This document shows, piece after piece, positions 1 to 8,487 of a stretch of DNA of 64,000 bases. The position numbers were made by a program, and so were the translations under genes. The stretch covers positions 1 to 64,000 of IMG/VR virus record IMGVR_UViG_3300045988_148153; one strand, given 5' to 3'. Each line of letters opens with the position of its first letter. Position 1 is the stretch's first letter. The notes below the pieces were generated by a model. The model was not told the origin of the DNA, searched no databases, and saw nothing but the letters and a program-made list of their open reading frames with translations. The stretch comes from a virus.

Positions 1-284
1 AACGGTGGAAGCCTACGACAGTGCAACGGTGAAAGCCTACGGCAGTGCAACGGTGAAAGCCTACGACAGTGCAACGGTGGAAGCCTACGGCAGTGCAACG
101 GTGAAAGCCTACGACAGTGCAACGGTGAAAGCCTGCGGCAGTGCAACGGTGAAAGCCTACGGCAGTGCAACGGTGGAAGCCTACGACAGTGCAACGGTGA
201 AAGCCTACGGCAGTGCAACGGTGGAAGCCTACGACAGTGCAACGGTGAAAGCCTACGGCAGTGCAACGGTGGAAGCCTACGACA
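1..284 (+). repeat. 24-nt in-frame tandem repeat, 11 full copies plus 1 partial
   Basis: Unit aacggtgRaagcctRcgRcagtgc begins at 1,25,49,...,241,265. Copies differ only at three A/G columns. Confidence 0.95.
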
Positions 285-406
285 ATTCCTACGTAGAGGA
301 TTGTACAGGTAATGTCCGACCTCAATCCGGTTATGCAATAGTCAAAGATTACCATAGCCATAAGATATATATCAAAAAAGGAAATTTTGAAATCATAGAG
401 GTTTGA
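2..406 (+). CDS. octapeptide-repeat protein (SATV[EK]AY[DG] x ~12), N-terminus outside window
   Basis: Open frame runs from the window edge. The repeat is in frame and followed by a 40-aa unique C-terminus. Confidence 0.6.
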   Translation, partial: TVEAYDSATVKAYGSATVKAYDSATVEAYGSATVKAYDSATVKACGSATVKAYGSATVEAYDSATVKAYGSATVEAYDSATVKAYGSATVEAYDNSYVEDCTGNVRPQSGYAIVKDYHSHKIYIKKGNFEIIEV

Positions 407-520
407 CCTATTCCAGCCGCAGAAAAGGTCAGAGCTATTACCGTACTAAAAGCCGTGAGAGAAGCGAAGTGCGCACCGCTTCCCTTTAACCTTGTGCGGG
501 CGGTTTAAAAACATAAGACA

Positions 521-757
521 ATGAAAGATGAACTGGAAGAACTGTACAAAGAACTGAACGAGGTAAAAGCCTGCGATTTGGACTATCTTCCCAAGTATGG
601 GTATTCCTCAAAAGAAGAAATCATTCAGCTTATAGAAGAAGACATCGAGGAATTGCGCACGGAACTCGAATGCAGTCAATATGACTACACGCCTGATGAA
701 CTCGAAGATGAAAGGATAATGCTTTGCGTCAGTCAGGGATTATCAAGATATTGTTGA
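521..757 (+). CDS. hypothetical acidic protein
   Basis: 78-aa ORF, co-oriented and tightly packed with the early operon. Confidence 0.5.
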   Translation: MKDELEELYKELNEVKACDLDYLPKYGYSSKEEIIQLIEEDIEELRTELECSQYDYTPDELEDERIMLCVSQGLSRYC

Positions 758-776
758 ATTTAAAACTTATAATATT

Positions 777-1592
777 ATGGGATTAGAAAATTATGAAGTG
801 CTTCCGGTAGAAGCGCAGGATGTACAAATCATACAGGTTGATGCCGTTGAACGTGCCAATGTTGACAGCCAAGTGGCGACAGCCAAACAATATCCAAGAA
901 GTATTAAAAGGTGCGTTGACAATTCTATTGCTATGGCAACAATGGATGTTGATACAGCTCAAAGTTGTGGATATGCGTTGCCTCGTGGCGGAAAACCTAT
1001 TACAGGTCCGTCCGTTCACCTTGCAAAGATTATTGTATCTAATTGGGGCAACATGAGAACAGAAGCTAAGGTAGTTCAAATTACCGACAAGCAAATAATC
1101 AGTAGAGGAACCTGCTGGGATTTGGAAGCGAACGTAGCTTCTGCCTTTGAAGTGAGAAGAAGTATTGTAGGTAAAAATGGAAATAAATTCAGCGATGACA
1201 TGATTACTGTTACTGGAAATGCCGCAAATAGCATTGCATACAGGAATGCGGTATTTGCGGTAGTACCTAAAGCAGTTGTTGAAAAAGTATATAAGGCTGC
1301 GCAAAAGTTTATCACAGGTGACTTGTCTGATGAAGAAAAAATAATCAAGAGAAGAAAAGGAGCAATAGACTTCTTGTTTGACGAATACGGAATTATCGAA
1401 GAAGAGGTAATCAAGCTATGCGGCAAGCAAACAATCAATCAGATTAAAGCGAATGAAATCGCGTTGCTTCTTGGTATTGTGCAGTCGCTAAAAGATGGAG
1501 ATACTACCGTTGATGAACTTATGAAGCCAATCAGGGAAAGCAAGGAATCAAAAAAGGAAGCAATGAAAAAAGCTGTTGAGCAAAATGATTGA
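777..1592 (+). CDS. putative single-strand annealing protein (RecT/Redbeta-like SSAP)
   Basis: 271-aa ORF overlapping the start of a YqaJ-type exonuclease, the classic SSAP-exonuclease pair. Family assignment is by position and general resemblance only. Confidence 0.5.
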   Translation: MGLENYEVLPVEAQDVQIIQVDAVERANVDSQVATAKQYPRSIKRCVDNSIAMATMDVDTAQSCGYALPRGGKPITGPSVHLAKIIVSNWGNMRTEAKVVQITDKQIISRGTCWDLEANVASAFEVRRSIVGKNGNKFSDDMITVTGNAANSIAYRNAVFAVVPKAVVEKVYKAAQKFITGDLSDEEKIIKRRKGAIDFLFDEYGIIEEEVIKLCGKQTINQIKANEIALLLGIVQSLKDGDTTVDELMKPIRESKESKKEAMKKAVEQND

Positions 1593-2253
1593 GCAAGGTT
1601 CAAAGGAGTGGTTTGTCTCCCGGTTGGGTTACTTTACAGGAAGCCGCATAGGCGACCTCATGACAAGTGGCAAAAAAGGCGAACTTTTTGGAAAGACTGC
1701 CATGTCATATATCTATGAAATTGCGTCAGAAAGAAACCTTCTTCCCAAATATATTGAAGATGATTACTACTTCGAGATATACCAGCAGCAAGTAAGTTTC
1801 AGCAATAAATATACTGATTGGGGGCATGAGATTGAAGACTTCGCAGCCGAACGTTACCAGCTCGCCACAGGTTTCGAACTTGAAGAGTGTGAAAGCATAC
1901 AGCATCCTATAATACCTTACTTTTCCGCTTCTCCCGACCGTACAGCAATCAAAGGCGGGATGAAGAAAGTGGTGGAAATAAAGTGCCCTTTGCCTAAAAC
2001 ATTCATGGAATACATGGCAGAGGTTAAGGATAACGACACCCTGAAAGCGGTCAATCCTAAATATTTTCATCAAATACAGGCTGAAATGACTTGTACAGGA
2101 TTAGACAGAGCCGATTTTGTTGCTTTCTGCCCGTTTCTGAAACATAACATGCACATCGTAGAGATAACAAGGGATGATATAGTAATATCGGAATTCGAAA
2201 AGCGCATAACTGAAGCAAACAAAATTATTAATCAAATACTGAATAAGAAATGA
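1576..2253 (+). CDS. YqaJ-like viral recombinase exonuclease (PD-(D/E)xK)
   Basis: N-terminal GSKEWFVSRLGYFTGSRIGDLM, VVEIKCP (ExK) and QIQAEM motifs typical of YqaJ/lambda-Exo-like nucleases. Confidence 0.85.
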   Translation: MSKMIEQGSKEWFVSRLGYFTGSRIGDLMTSGKKGELFGKTAMSYIYEIASERNLLPKYIEDDYYFEIYQQQVSFSNKYTDWGHEIEDFAAERYQLATGFELEECESIQHPIIPYFSASPDRTAIKGGMKKVVEIKCPLPKTFMEYMAEVKDNDTLKAVNPKYFHQIQAEMTCTGLDRADFVAFCPFLKHNMHIVEITRDDIVISEFEKRITEANKIINQILNKK

Positions 2254-2549
2254 TTTTAACAGGAAGCATTTGTCTTAGTGACATTCCCCGTGAGCAAATG
2301 AAGAAAGTAGTCTGCAAAGACGGGAAAGAGAGAATTTATTTAAATGTGGCGGTTATCGAACGCAAGGAGCCTTCACAGTTTGGGCATACCCATTTTATTA
2401 CGTGCGCCCCCAAACAGGAAGAGCGCAAAGAGGGGACACAATATATTTTTGGAGATTTCAAGGAATATAGGCCTGTTCAGAGCAGTCCAACGCCGGAACA
2501 AGTTGCGGAAGCTCCGGGATTATCCCCGCAAGATGATTTGCCATTCTAA
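2250..2549 (+). CDS. hypothetical protein
   Basis: 99-aa ORF with ATGA overlap to the upstream gene. Confidence 0.5.
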   Translation: MILTGSICLSDIPREQMKKVVCKDGKERIYLNVAVIERKEPSQFGHTHFITCAPKQEERKEGTQYIFGDFKEYRPVQSSPTPEQVAEAPGLSPQDDLPF

Positions 2550-2555
2550 AATATT

Positions 2556-2993
2556 ATGCAATACGACCTATCCAACCCACTCCACAAAGAACAGTTCAAA
2601 ATACGATGCAACCATCTATTCTCAAAGGGCTGCATTGTGGAACTGACGGAAAAGAAGCCTAAAAGGACAACGCAGCAGAACAAATACCTGCACACTCTTT
2701 TAGGCTTCTTCGCTTGTGAGACCGGGAACACACTGGAATACGTAAAACAGAACTATTACAAGAAGCTGGTAAATCCTGCAATATTTACCCGTAGGATTAA
2801 TGATAAGTTTTTGGGAGAAGTGGAAGTTTTACGTAGTTCCACTGATTTAGATACGGCGGAAATGACTACGAGCATTGAGCGTTTTCGCAATTGGGCGAGT
2901 GCCGAATGCGGTGTCTATCTGCCAAGCCCTGATGAAGAGAGGTTATTGCAATTAATGGAGATTGAAATAGACAGAAACAAAACTTTTATTTAA
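2556..2993 (+). CDS. NinB/Orf-like recombination mediator
   Basis: KRTTQQNKYLHTLLG resembles the lambda NinB R-S-x-x-QN-x-x-L-x-x-LG motif. Located in the recombination module. Confidence 0.6.
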   Translation: MQYDLSNPLHKEQFKIRCNHLFSKGCIVELTEKKPKRTTQQNKYLHTLLGFFACETGNTLEYVKQNYYKKLVNPAIFTRRINDKFLGEVEVLRSSTDLDTAEMTTSIERFRNWASAECGVYLPSPDEERLLQLMEIEIDRNKTFI

Positions 2994-3004
2994 AATAGAA
3001 AATT

Positions 3005-3610
3005 ATGCATACATGGTTTGAGTGTAAAATCCGTTACGAGAAAACAATGGAAAACGGAATGAACAAGAAAGTTACCGAACCTTATCTGGTAGACGCACTC
3101 AGCTTTACAGAAGCGGAAGCGCGCATCATTGAAGAAATGACGCCGTTTATTTCCGGTGAGTTTACCGTATCGGATATTAAACGGGCGAATTACAGTGAAC
3201 TCTTCCCTTGCGAAGAAGATGCTGCCGACCGTTGGTTCAAATGCAAACTGGTTTTCATCACATTGGATGAAAAAAGCGGTGCGGAGAAGAAAACATCTAC
3301 TCAGGTACTGGTACAAGCCGCCGACCTGCGCGACGCAGTAAAGAAACTGGATGAGGGTATGAAAGGTACAATGGCCGACTATCAAATTGCGTCGGTAGCA
3401 GAAACCTCTATTATGGATGTATATCCGTATGATCCAAAGGAAACTGAAGGTGATAGTAATACGGAAGTATCCCGATTTATCAATAGATTCCCAGAGGGTC
3501 AGTGTACAGAGGTCACAATTGGCGGCAAATCGGTCATCATCGATAAAACCGGAAATAAACCTAAAGTCATTCCAAACGGAAGTATAGAAAGTGAGGCTAA
3601 AAATGAATGA
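3005..3610 (+). CDS. DUF4494-like protein
   Basis: N-terminus MHTWFECKIRYEKTMENGMNKKVTEPYLVDALSFTEAEARIIEEM is recalled as the DUF4494 signature of Bacteroidetes. Confidence 0.55.
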   Translation: MHTWFECKIRYEKTMENGMNKKVTEPYLVDALSFTEAEARIIEEMTPFISGEFTVSDIKRANYSELFPCEEDAADRWFKCKLVFITLDEKSGAEKKTSTQVLVQAADLRDAVKKLDEGMKGTMADYQIASVAETSIMDVYPYDPKETEGDSNTEVSRFINRFPEGQCTEVTIGGKSVIIDKTGNKPKVIPNGSIESEAKNE

Positions 3611-3956
3611 TTATATCCCGGATTGGTATATCCCTAATAAATAACCATAATTATTAACTAAACGCCCTCTGCTCACGCAGAAGTCCCGTGAAAGGTTCGG
3701 GTTAAGTGAAATCAGCTAACAGTTAACTATCCCGGTGTGGCTTGACCGCCTATCCGGGAGCAATTTGTTAACCTGCCTGCCCGGTCTGTGAAGATATGGC
3801 GGGCAAACGGGGAATATGGTAGCGTTGAACGTATTGGATGGTTATTCTTTTTGATTGCCAATTAGTATTAGTTATTCATGAGTTTATTATCATCTACCAT
3901 CCAGCAAAACAACGTGCTCTGTTCGATTCGGAGCTTCCCACTAAATATAACTTATC

Positions 3957-4121
3957 ATGAAACTTACAATAACCAAATCCGAAGGTGCAATTCTGATGAA
4001 GCTTTTGAAAGACCGGAAGACCGACATTCTTAATGCAAATGGTGACAGCAAACAATGCGAGGTACTTAGCAAGTTAAGCAAGAAGATTGCAAGACAGGTG
4101 AAAAAATCCTACAAGACATGA
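3957..4121 (+). CDS. small hypothetical protein (54 aa, below ORF-track cutoff)
   Basis: ATG at 3957. The stop overlaps the next start as ATGA at 4118-4121. Confidence 0.35.
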   Translation: MKLTITKSEGAILMKLLKDRKTDILNANGDSKQCEVLSKLSKKIARQVKKSYKT

Positions 4122-4303
4122 AGCCTTACGTAATAACCTCTGCGGTTCTTATTACCTATGATGGAAAGAAGATACCGTTAGAGCGTATAAGAAGCGAGAT
4201 AATAACCCGACCTATCCAGTTGACTAAGGAGAGGATACTTGATGCTTTCTCCACGATGAGGGATAAACCGGTGGATGTGGAACTTAAAATAAAGTATATA
4301 TGA
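4118..4303 (+). CDS. hypothetical protein
   Basis: 61-aa ORF, translationally coupled on both sides. Confidence 0.45.
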   Translation: MKPYVITSAVLITYDGKKIPLERIRSEIITRPIQLTKERILDAFSTMRDKPVDVELKIKYI

Positions 4304-4653
4304 GACATTTAGAAGATAATCTCCAAAAATCTATAATTAAATATTGGGACTTGAAATATCCTAAATGGGAGAAACGGCTTGCTTGTGTTCCCAACGGAGG
4401 AAAGCGCAACGCCATTGAAGCCGCAAAATTCAAGCAAATGGGCGTTCGGGCTGGATTCCCCGATTTAATTCTCCTTATCCCCAACAAGTTCTATCCATTT
4501 TGTGGAATAGAATTGAAGATAAAGACTGGCAGGCAATCTGAACATCAGAAAGAATATCAGAAGGAGTTTGAAAGTATTGGCGCTAAATATGTCGTTGTCC
4601 GGTCACTTGATGAGTTTATAAAAGTTGTAAACGATTATTTGAAAGATGTATGA
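4300..4653 (+). CDS. VRR-NUC domain nuclease
   Basis: GFPDLILL ... GIELKIKTG ... QKEY pattern (PD-(D/E)xK of VRR-NUC). Confidence 0.75.
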   Translation: MRHLEDNLQKSIIKYWDLKYPKWEKRLACVPNGGKRNAIEAAKFKQMGVRAGFPDLILLIPNKFYPFCGIELKIKTGRQSEHQKEYQKEFESIGAKYVVVRSLDEFIKVVNDYLKDV

Positions 4654-5357
4654 CAATGGCAAAAGATAGCTTTATAATATATAAGTCTTTCTACAAACCT
4701 ATATCAAGATTATCAGACAAACAGCTTGGACGATTATTCCGTGCAATTTTCAAGTATCAACTTGGCGAGGAGGTTACGGTAGAGGAGGACATTGAAATGG
4801 CATTTGGTTTCTTCATCAATCAATTTGAGATAGACGAAACTAAATATCATGGCATTGTCGAGAGAAACCGGAACAACGGGCGTAAAGGTGGTGCTCCGAT
4901 TGGGAATAGCAACGCAAAATCGAAACAACCCAAACAACCCAGTGGGTTAAATTCAACCCAAACAACCCAAAACAAGCCTAATGAAAATGATAATGAAAAT
5001 GATATAGAGAAAGAATCTCCTAACGGAGATAAGAAAGCGATTCCCAAAAACAAGGAAGTTGATTTGTCTTTTGTTGATGAGGGTTTTAAAGATGCATTTA
5101 GGGAATGGCTTGGATATAAGCGCGAGCGAAGGGAAAGCTATAAATCTGACAAGTCGCTAAAAATGTGCTATAATCATCTATTAGAGTTAAGTGACAACAA
5201 TCCCCAAAAAGCAAGATATATTGTTGAGCAATCAATTGCAAACAACTATTCCGGATTATTTGAACTAAAAAATTATGGAAAGAATCGGAAACCTGATACT
5301 GAACCAGACAAAAGCTCCGCCGGTATCAAATCAATTGTCTTCGGCAAACAAAGCTAA
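4650..5357 (+). CDS. putative replication organizer/initiator
   Basis: Immediately upstream of a DnaC-like ATPase. Low-complexity linker with embedded DNA iterons. Conserved N-terminal FIIYKSFYKPISRLSDKQLGRLFRAIFKY region. Confidence 0.45.
   Translation: MTMAKDSFIIYKSFYKPISRLSDKQLGRLFRAIFKYQLGEEVTVEEDIEMAFGFFINQFEIDETKYHGIVERNRNNGRKGGAPIGNSNAKSKQPKQPSGLNSTQTTQNKPNENDNENDIEKESPNGDKKAIPKNKEVDLSFVDEGFKDAFREWLGYKRERRESYKSDKSLKMCYNHLLELSDNNPQKARYIVEQSIANNYSGLFELKNYGKNRKPDTEPDKSSAGIKSIVFGKQS
4926..4969. repeat. iteron-like cluster: 4 x CAACCCA plus palindrome AACCCAGTGGGTT
   Basis: CAACCCA at 4926, 4935, 4954 and 4963. 6-1-6 palindrome at 4936-4948. 4927-4962 is the exact reverse complement of 59105-59140. 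Confidence 0.9.
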
Positions 5358-5976
5358 TCAGAAACAATGGAGCAAGGAACAGGCTGATATGTACTGGCGC
5401 AACCAACTTGTAATTTCTATGAAATCCATTTCACCGACCTTTACAATTGATGACAGCAACCGCCAACTGTTGAAAGCTCTTTATCAATGGATATGGGGAA
5501 TGCCTGGAATACTTGATTTAGATAAGGGACTGTTATTACACGGTTCTATCGGGGTAGGCAAATCCACTTTACTGAAAGGGTTACAGAATTATGCGGCGAA
5601 AATTGCCCGCTATTGTATTGGTGGTGCGGATGCCGGATTGACCTTTCAATTTACCAGCGCTGCCGAGATTGCCTTACAGTTTGCCGAGAAGGGAATTGCC
5701 GGGTTAAACCAATACACAGACAGGTCATGTATGCACAATCTTGCCATTGACGAAGTAGGTAGGGAGCCAATGGATGCCAAGCACTTCGGTACAGGCATCA
5801 ATGCCATTCAGACCGTTTTGCAACTGCGCTATGAGCAGAGATATTGTTTCTACACCCACATGACTACCAATCTTGACCCGAACACGGAGTTTTCCGGGCG
5901 GTATGGGGATTATATTGCCGACCGGGTTAAAGAGATGTTCAATGTGGTTAAAATTGAAGGTAAAAGCCGAAGATAG
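5275..5976 (+). CDS. DnaC/IstB-like AAA+ ATPase (helicase loader candidate)
   Basis: Walker A GSIGVGKST, Walker B LAIDEVGRE. The start is uncertain (5275 overlaps the upstream gene; alternative ATG at 5389). Confidence 0.65.
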   Translation: MERIGNLILNQTKAPPVSNQLSSANKANQKQWSKEQADMYWRNQLVISMKSISPTFTIDDSNRQLLKALYQWIWGMPGILDLDKGLLLHGSIGVGKSTLLKGLQNYAAKIARYCIGGADAGLTFQFTSAAEIALQFAEKGIAGLNQYTDRSCMHNLAIDEVGREPMDAKHFGTGINAIQTVLQLRYEQRYCFYTHMTTNLDPNTEFSGRYGDYIADRVKEMFNVVKIEGKSRR

Positions 5977-6135
5977 ATGGCAAAGGAAAAAGAACCCCTC
6001 TCCCCCGTCCACTGCCACCAATGCTCATACGCCAAAGACTTTATCGGAAACTCATGCCTCTGTAAGGCTAAAGGTCATAGGGTATGCGCATGTGACAGGT
6101 ACGGAAGGATATGTGGATGTTATGTTAAAAAATAA
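5977..6135 (+). CDS. Cys-rich small protein (52 aa, 8 Cys)
   Basis: ATG directly follows the upstream stop (TAGATG). CxxC and CxC pairs suggest zinc binding. Confidence 0.35.
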   Translation: MAKEKEPLSPVHCHQCSYAKDFIGNSCLCKAKGHRVCACDRYGRICGCYVKK

Positions 6136-6148
6136 TTTATACACGATT

Positions 6149-7981
6149 ATGAAATCACTCAAAGAGATACTTAAAAGTTTAGAGGGTCTATCCGATATAG
6201 AGATATTCGTGATAGACCTTTTTTGTGGCGCAGGAGGTCTGTCTGAAGGTGTGGAAGAAGCTCGTTTGAATGGCAGAAAATGTGCTAAAGTGGTATGTTG
6301 TGTAAACCACGATAAGAATGCCATCCTTTCACATGATGCCAACATTCCTGATGCACTTCATTTCATTGAGGATATTCGTACACTGGCGCTTTCACCGATA
6401 AATACTATTGTTGAACGTATCCGTGAATTATATCCTGATTCGATGATAATGCTTCATGCTTCTTTGGAGTGTACCAACTTCTCGAAAGCTAAAGGTGGTC
6501 AACCGAGAGATGCTGATAGCCGGACGCTGGCAGAGCATCTCTTCCGTTATATTGATGTTATAGACCCTGACTACATTCAGATTGAAAATGTAGAAGAGTT
6601 TATGTCATGGGGAGATATGGATGAGAATGGCAAGCCTATTTCAATGGATAAAGGACGCTTGTATCAGAAGTGGGTGCGCAATGTGAAGAAGTACGGTTAC
6701 AATTTCGAGCACCGCATCTTGAACGCTGCCGACTATGGGGCATACACCACACGAAAGCGATTCTTTGGCATCTTCGCCAAGAAAGGGTTGCCTATAGTAT
6801 TCCCCGAACCTACTCACTGTAAAGGTGGTAGAAATGATATGTTCTCCAAAATGGAGAAGTGGAAACCGGTAAAGGAGGTGCTTGACTTCTCCGATGAGGG
6901 GAGCACCATTTTTCGAGAAAAGCCTTTGTCAGAGAAAACCCTTGAACGCATCTATGCAGGATTGATAAAGTTCGTAGCTGGTGGTAAGGATTCCTTTCTT
7001 TCCCGCTACAATACCGTCCGACCGCAAGATACTTGCAAGTCAGTTGATGAGCCATGCGGAGTACTGACTACTGAAAACCGTTTTGCGAAAGTACAAGTAA
7101 GTTTCCTCTCCAAACAATTCAGCGGACACCCCGACAGCAAGAATGTATCGGTGGAAGAGCCGGCAGGTGCCATTACCTGTAAAGACCACCACGCTTTTGT
7201 ATCGGCTTACTACGGGAACGGGCATAATCATTCAGTGGAACTTCCTGCACCTACGGTTACGACAAGGGATAGGTTGGCGTTGATAGATAGTCAATTCATG
7301 TGTTCCTACAATTTCAATGATGCAGGAAAGGACATTAACGAGCCATGCCCTACGCTTCTGACGAAAGACAGGCTTTCCCTTGTATCACCGAGATTCATCG
7401 CTAACGAGTATTCGGGTGGTGGGCAGCATACAAGCATTAACGATGTGTGCCCGGCAATCCTTACCAATCCCAAGCAGAAGTTGATAACGTGCCAGCCGTG
7501 GATAATGAACACAGCTTTCTCCAATGTCGGAAGTAGTATAGAAGAACCGTCCCAGACCATTACAGCCAATCGCAAATGGCACTACTTGATGAATCCACAG
7601 TTTAACAGTGCAGGAGGTTCCGTTGATAATCCCTGCTTCACGCTCATAGCCCGTATGGATAAGATGCCGCCCTACTTGGTGGCAACAGAGAGCGGACAGG
7701 TAGCCATTGAAATCTACGAAACAGACAGCCCCATGATCCGAAAAATAAAGGAGTTCATGGCATTGTATGGCATAGTGGATATTAAGATGCGTATGCTTCG
7801 TATTCCCGAACTGAAACGCATCATGGGATTCCCAGAAGATTACGTATTGGTAGGTACACAGGCAGACCAAAAGAAATTCATTGGCAATGCCGTAGAGGTG
7901 ACACAGGCAAGGAAGAATACCGAAGCGCTCTGTGAGAAGTTAAGAGAATTGAGATTGAATAAATTAAATGAGGTAGCATAA
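6149..7981 (+). CDS. DNA (cytosine-5)-methyltransferase with expanded repeat-containing TRD region
   Basis: Motif I DLFCGAGGLS, catalytic-Cys region LECTNFS, ENV (IQIENVEEF), TRKRFF, C-terminal GFPEDY...GNAVEV. The ORF track begins at 5873, but ATG 6149 (or 6122) is the plausible start. Confidence 0.85.
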   Translation: MKSLKEILKSLEGLSDIEIFVIDLFCGAGGLSEGVEEARLNGRKCAKVVCCVNHDKNAILSHDANIPDALHFIEDIRTLALSPINTIVERIRELYPDSMIMLHASLECTNFSKAKGGQPRDADSRTLAEHLFRYIDVIDPDYIQIENVEEFMSWGDMDENGKPISMDKGRLYQKWVRNVKKYGYNFEHRILNAADYGAYTTRKRFFGIFAKKGLPIVFPEPTHCKGGRNDMFSKMEKWKPVKEVLDFSDEGSTIFREKPLSEKTLERIYAGLIKFVAGGKDSFLSRYNTVRPQDTCKSVDEPCGVLTTENRFAKVQVSFLSKQFSGHPDSKNVSVEEPAGAITCKDHHAFVSAYYGNGHNHSVELPAPTVTTRDRLALIDSQFMCSYNFNDAGKDINEPCPTLLTKDRLSLVSPRFIANEYSGGGQHTSINDVCPAILTNPKQKLITCQPWIMNTAFSNVGSSIEEPSQTITANRKWHYLMNPQFNSAGGSVDNPCFTLIARMDKMPPYLVATESGQVAIEIYETDSPMIRKIKEFMALYGIVDIKMRMLRIPELKRIMGFPEDYVLVGTQADQKKFIGNAVEVTQARKNTEALCEKLRELRLNKLNEVA

Positions 7982-8487
7982 TGGAAACTGAAAAACTCAT
8001 ATTAGATGCTTGTTGTGGTAGCCGGATGTTTTGGTTCGACAAGCAAAATCCAAACGTTTTGTTCGTGGATAAACGCTCTGAAACAGTTACGGCAAAGGAC
8101 AGAGATAGGGTAAGAACCATAGAAGTGAAACCGGATATTGTGGCCGACTTTACCAATTTTCCATTTGAAGATAATTCCTTCTACATGGTAGTATTTGACC
8201 CACCGCATCTGAAAACACTTGGTGAAACCTCATGGATGGCAAAGAAGTATGGTAAACTACCCAAAGATTGGCAATCGCTTATACATGACGGATTTACCGA
8301 GTGTATGCGCGTCTTGAAGCCTAACGGTACACTCATATTCAAGTGGAATGAAAGCGAAATAAAAGCCGCGGAAGTTTTGTCCGTTATTCCGTTCAAACCA
8401 CTTTTTGGACATACTACCGGTAGGCAGAGTAAAACAATATGGATGTGTTTCATGAAAAATGAAGTATTGAATTATGCCAATAAGTGA
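7981..8487 (+). CDS. SAM-dependent DNA methyltransferase (DPPH motif)
   Basis: LDACCGS (motif I-like) followed by VVFDPPHL (motif IV-like). Confidence 0.55.
   Translation: METEKLILDACCGSRMFWFDKQNPNVLFVDKRSETVTAKDRDRVRTIEVKPDIVADFTNFPFEDNSFYMVVFDPPHLKTLGETSWMAKKYGKLPKDWQSLIHDGFTECMRVLKPNGTLIFKWNESEIKAAEVLSVIPFKPLFGHTTGRQSKTIWMCFMKNEVLNYANK

Noticed and set aside
1-284. Possible CRISPR-like array at the window start
   Set aside because: The 24-nt units are contiguous with no spacers and lie in frame within an ORF. This is a coding tandem repeat, not a CRISPR array.
1-284. Diversity-generating retroelement target (A/G-only variation between repeat copies; also considered for the tail-fibre genes at 14221-25287)
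   Set aside because: No reverse transcriptase ORF (no YxDD-type motif in any frame I read) and no template/variable repeat pair were found in the window. The variation is A/G in both directions between tandem copies.
783-1438. Antisense ORFs inside confidently called genes. Examples: 783-1304, 1076-1438, 20231-20557, 36361-38047, 42208-43083, 53424-54401.
   Set aside because: These are shadow ORFs on the opposite strand of long, motif-supported genes. They have low-complexity or Cys/Leu/Ser-rich composition and no independent signals.
3778-3805. Shared 15-mer CGGTCTGTGAAGATA in the loops of two GC-clamped hairpins (3782-3796 and 63957-63971), with a partial third (CCGGTCTGTG at 62218) as a possible RNA motif
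   Set aside because: About two identical 15-mer pairs are expected by chance in 64 kb. The flanks are not similar, and the second copy looks like an ordinary terminator. Evidence is insufficient without conservation data.
5873-6148. Upstream extension of the C5-methyltransferase ORF (702 aa in the ORF track)
   Set aside because: It overlaps the end of the ATPase gene and a Cys-rich small ORF, starts at a non-ATG codon, and its sequence before MKSLKEIL looks non-protein-like.
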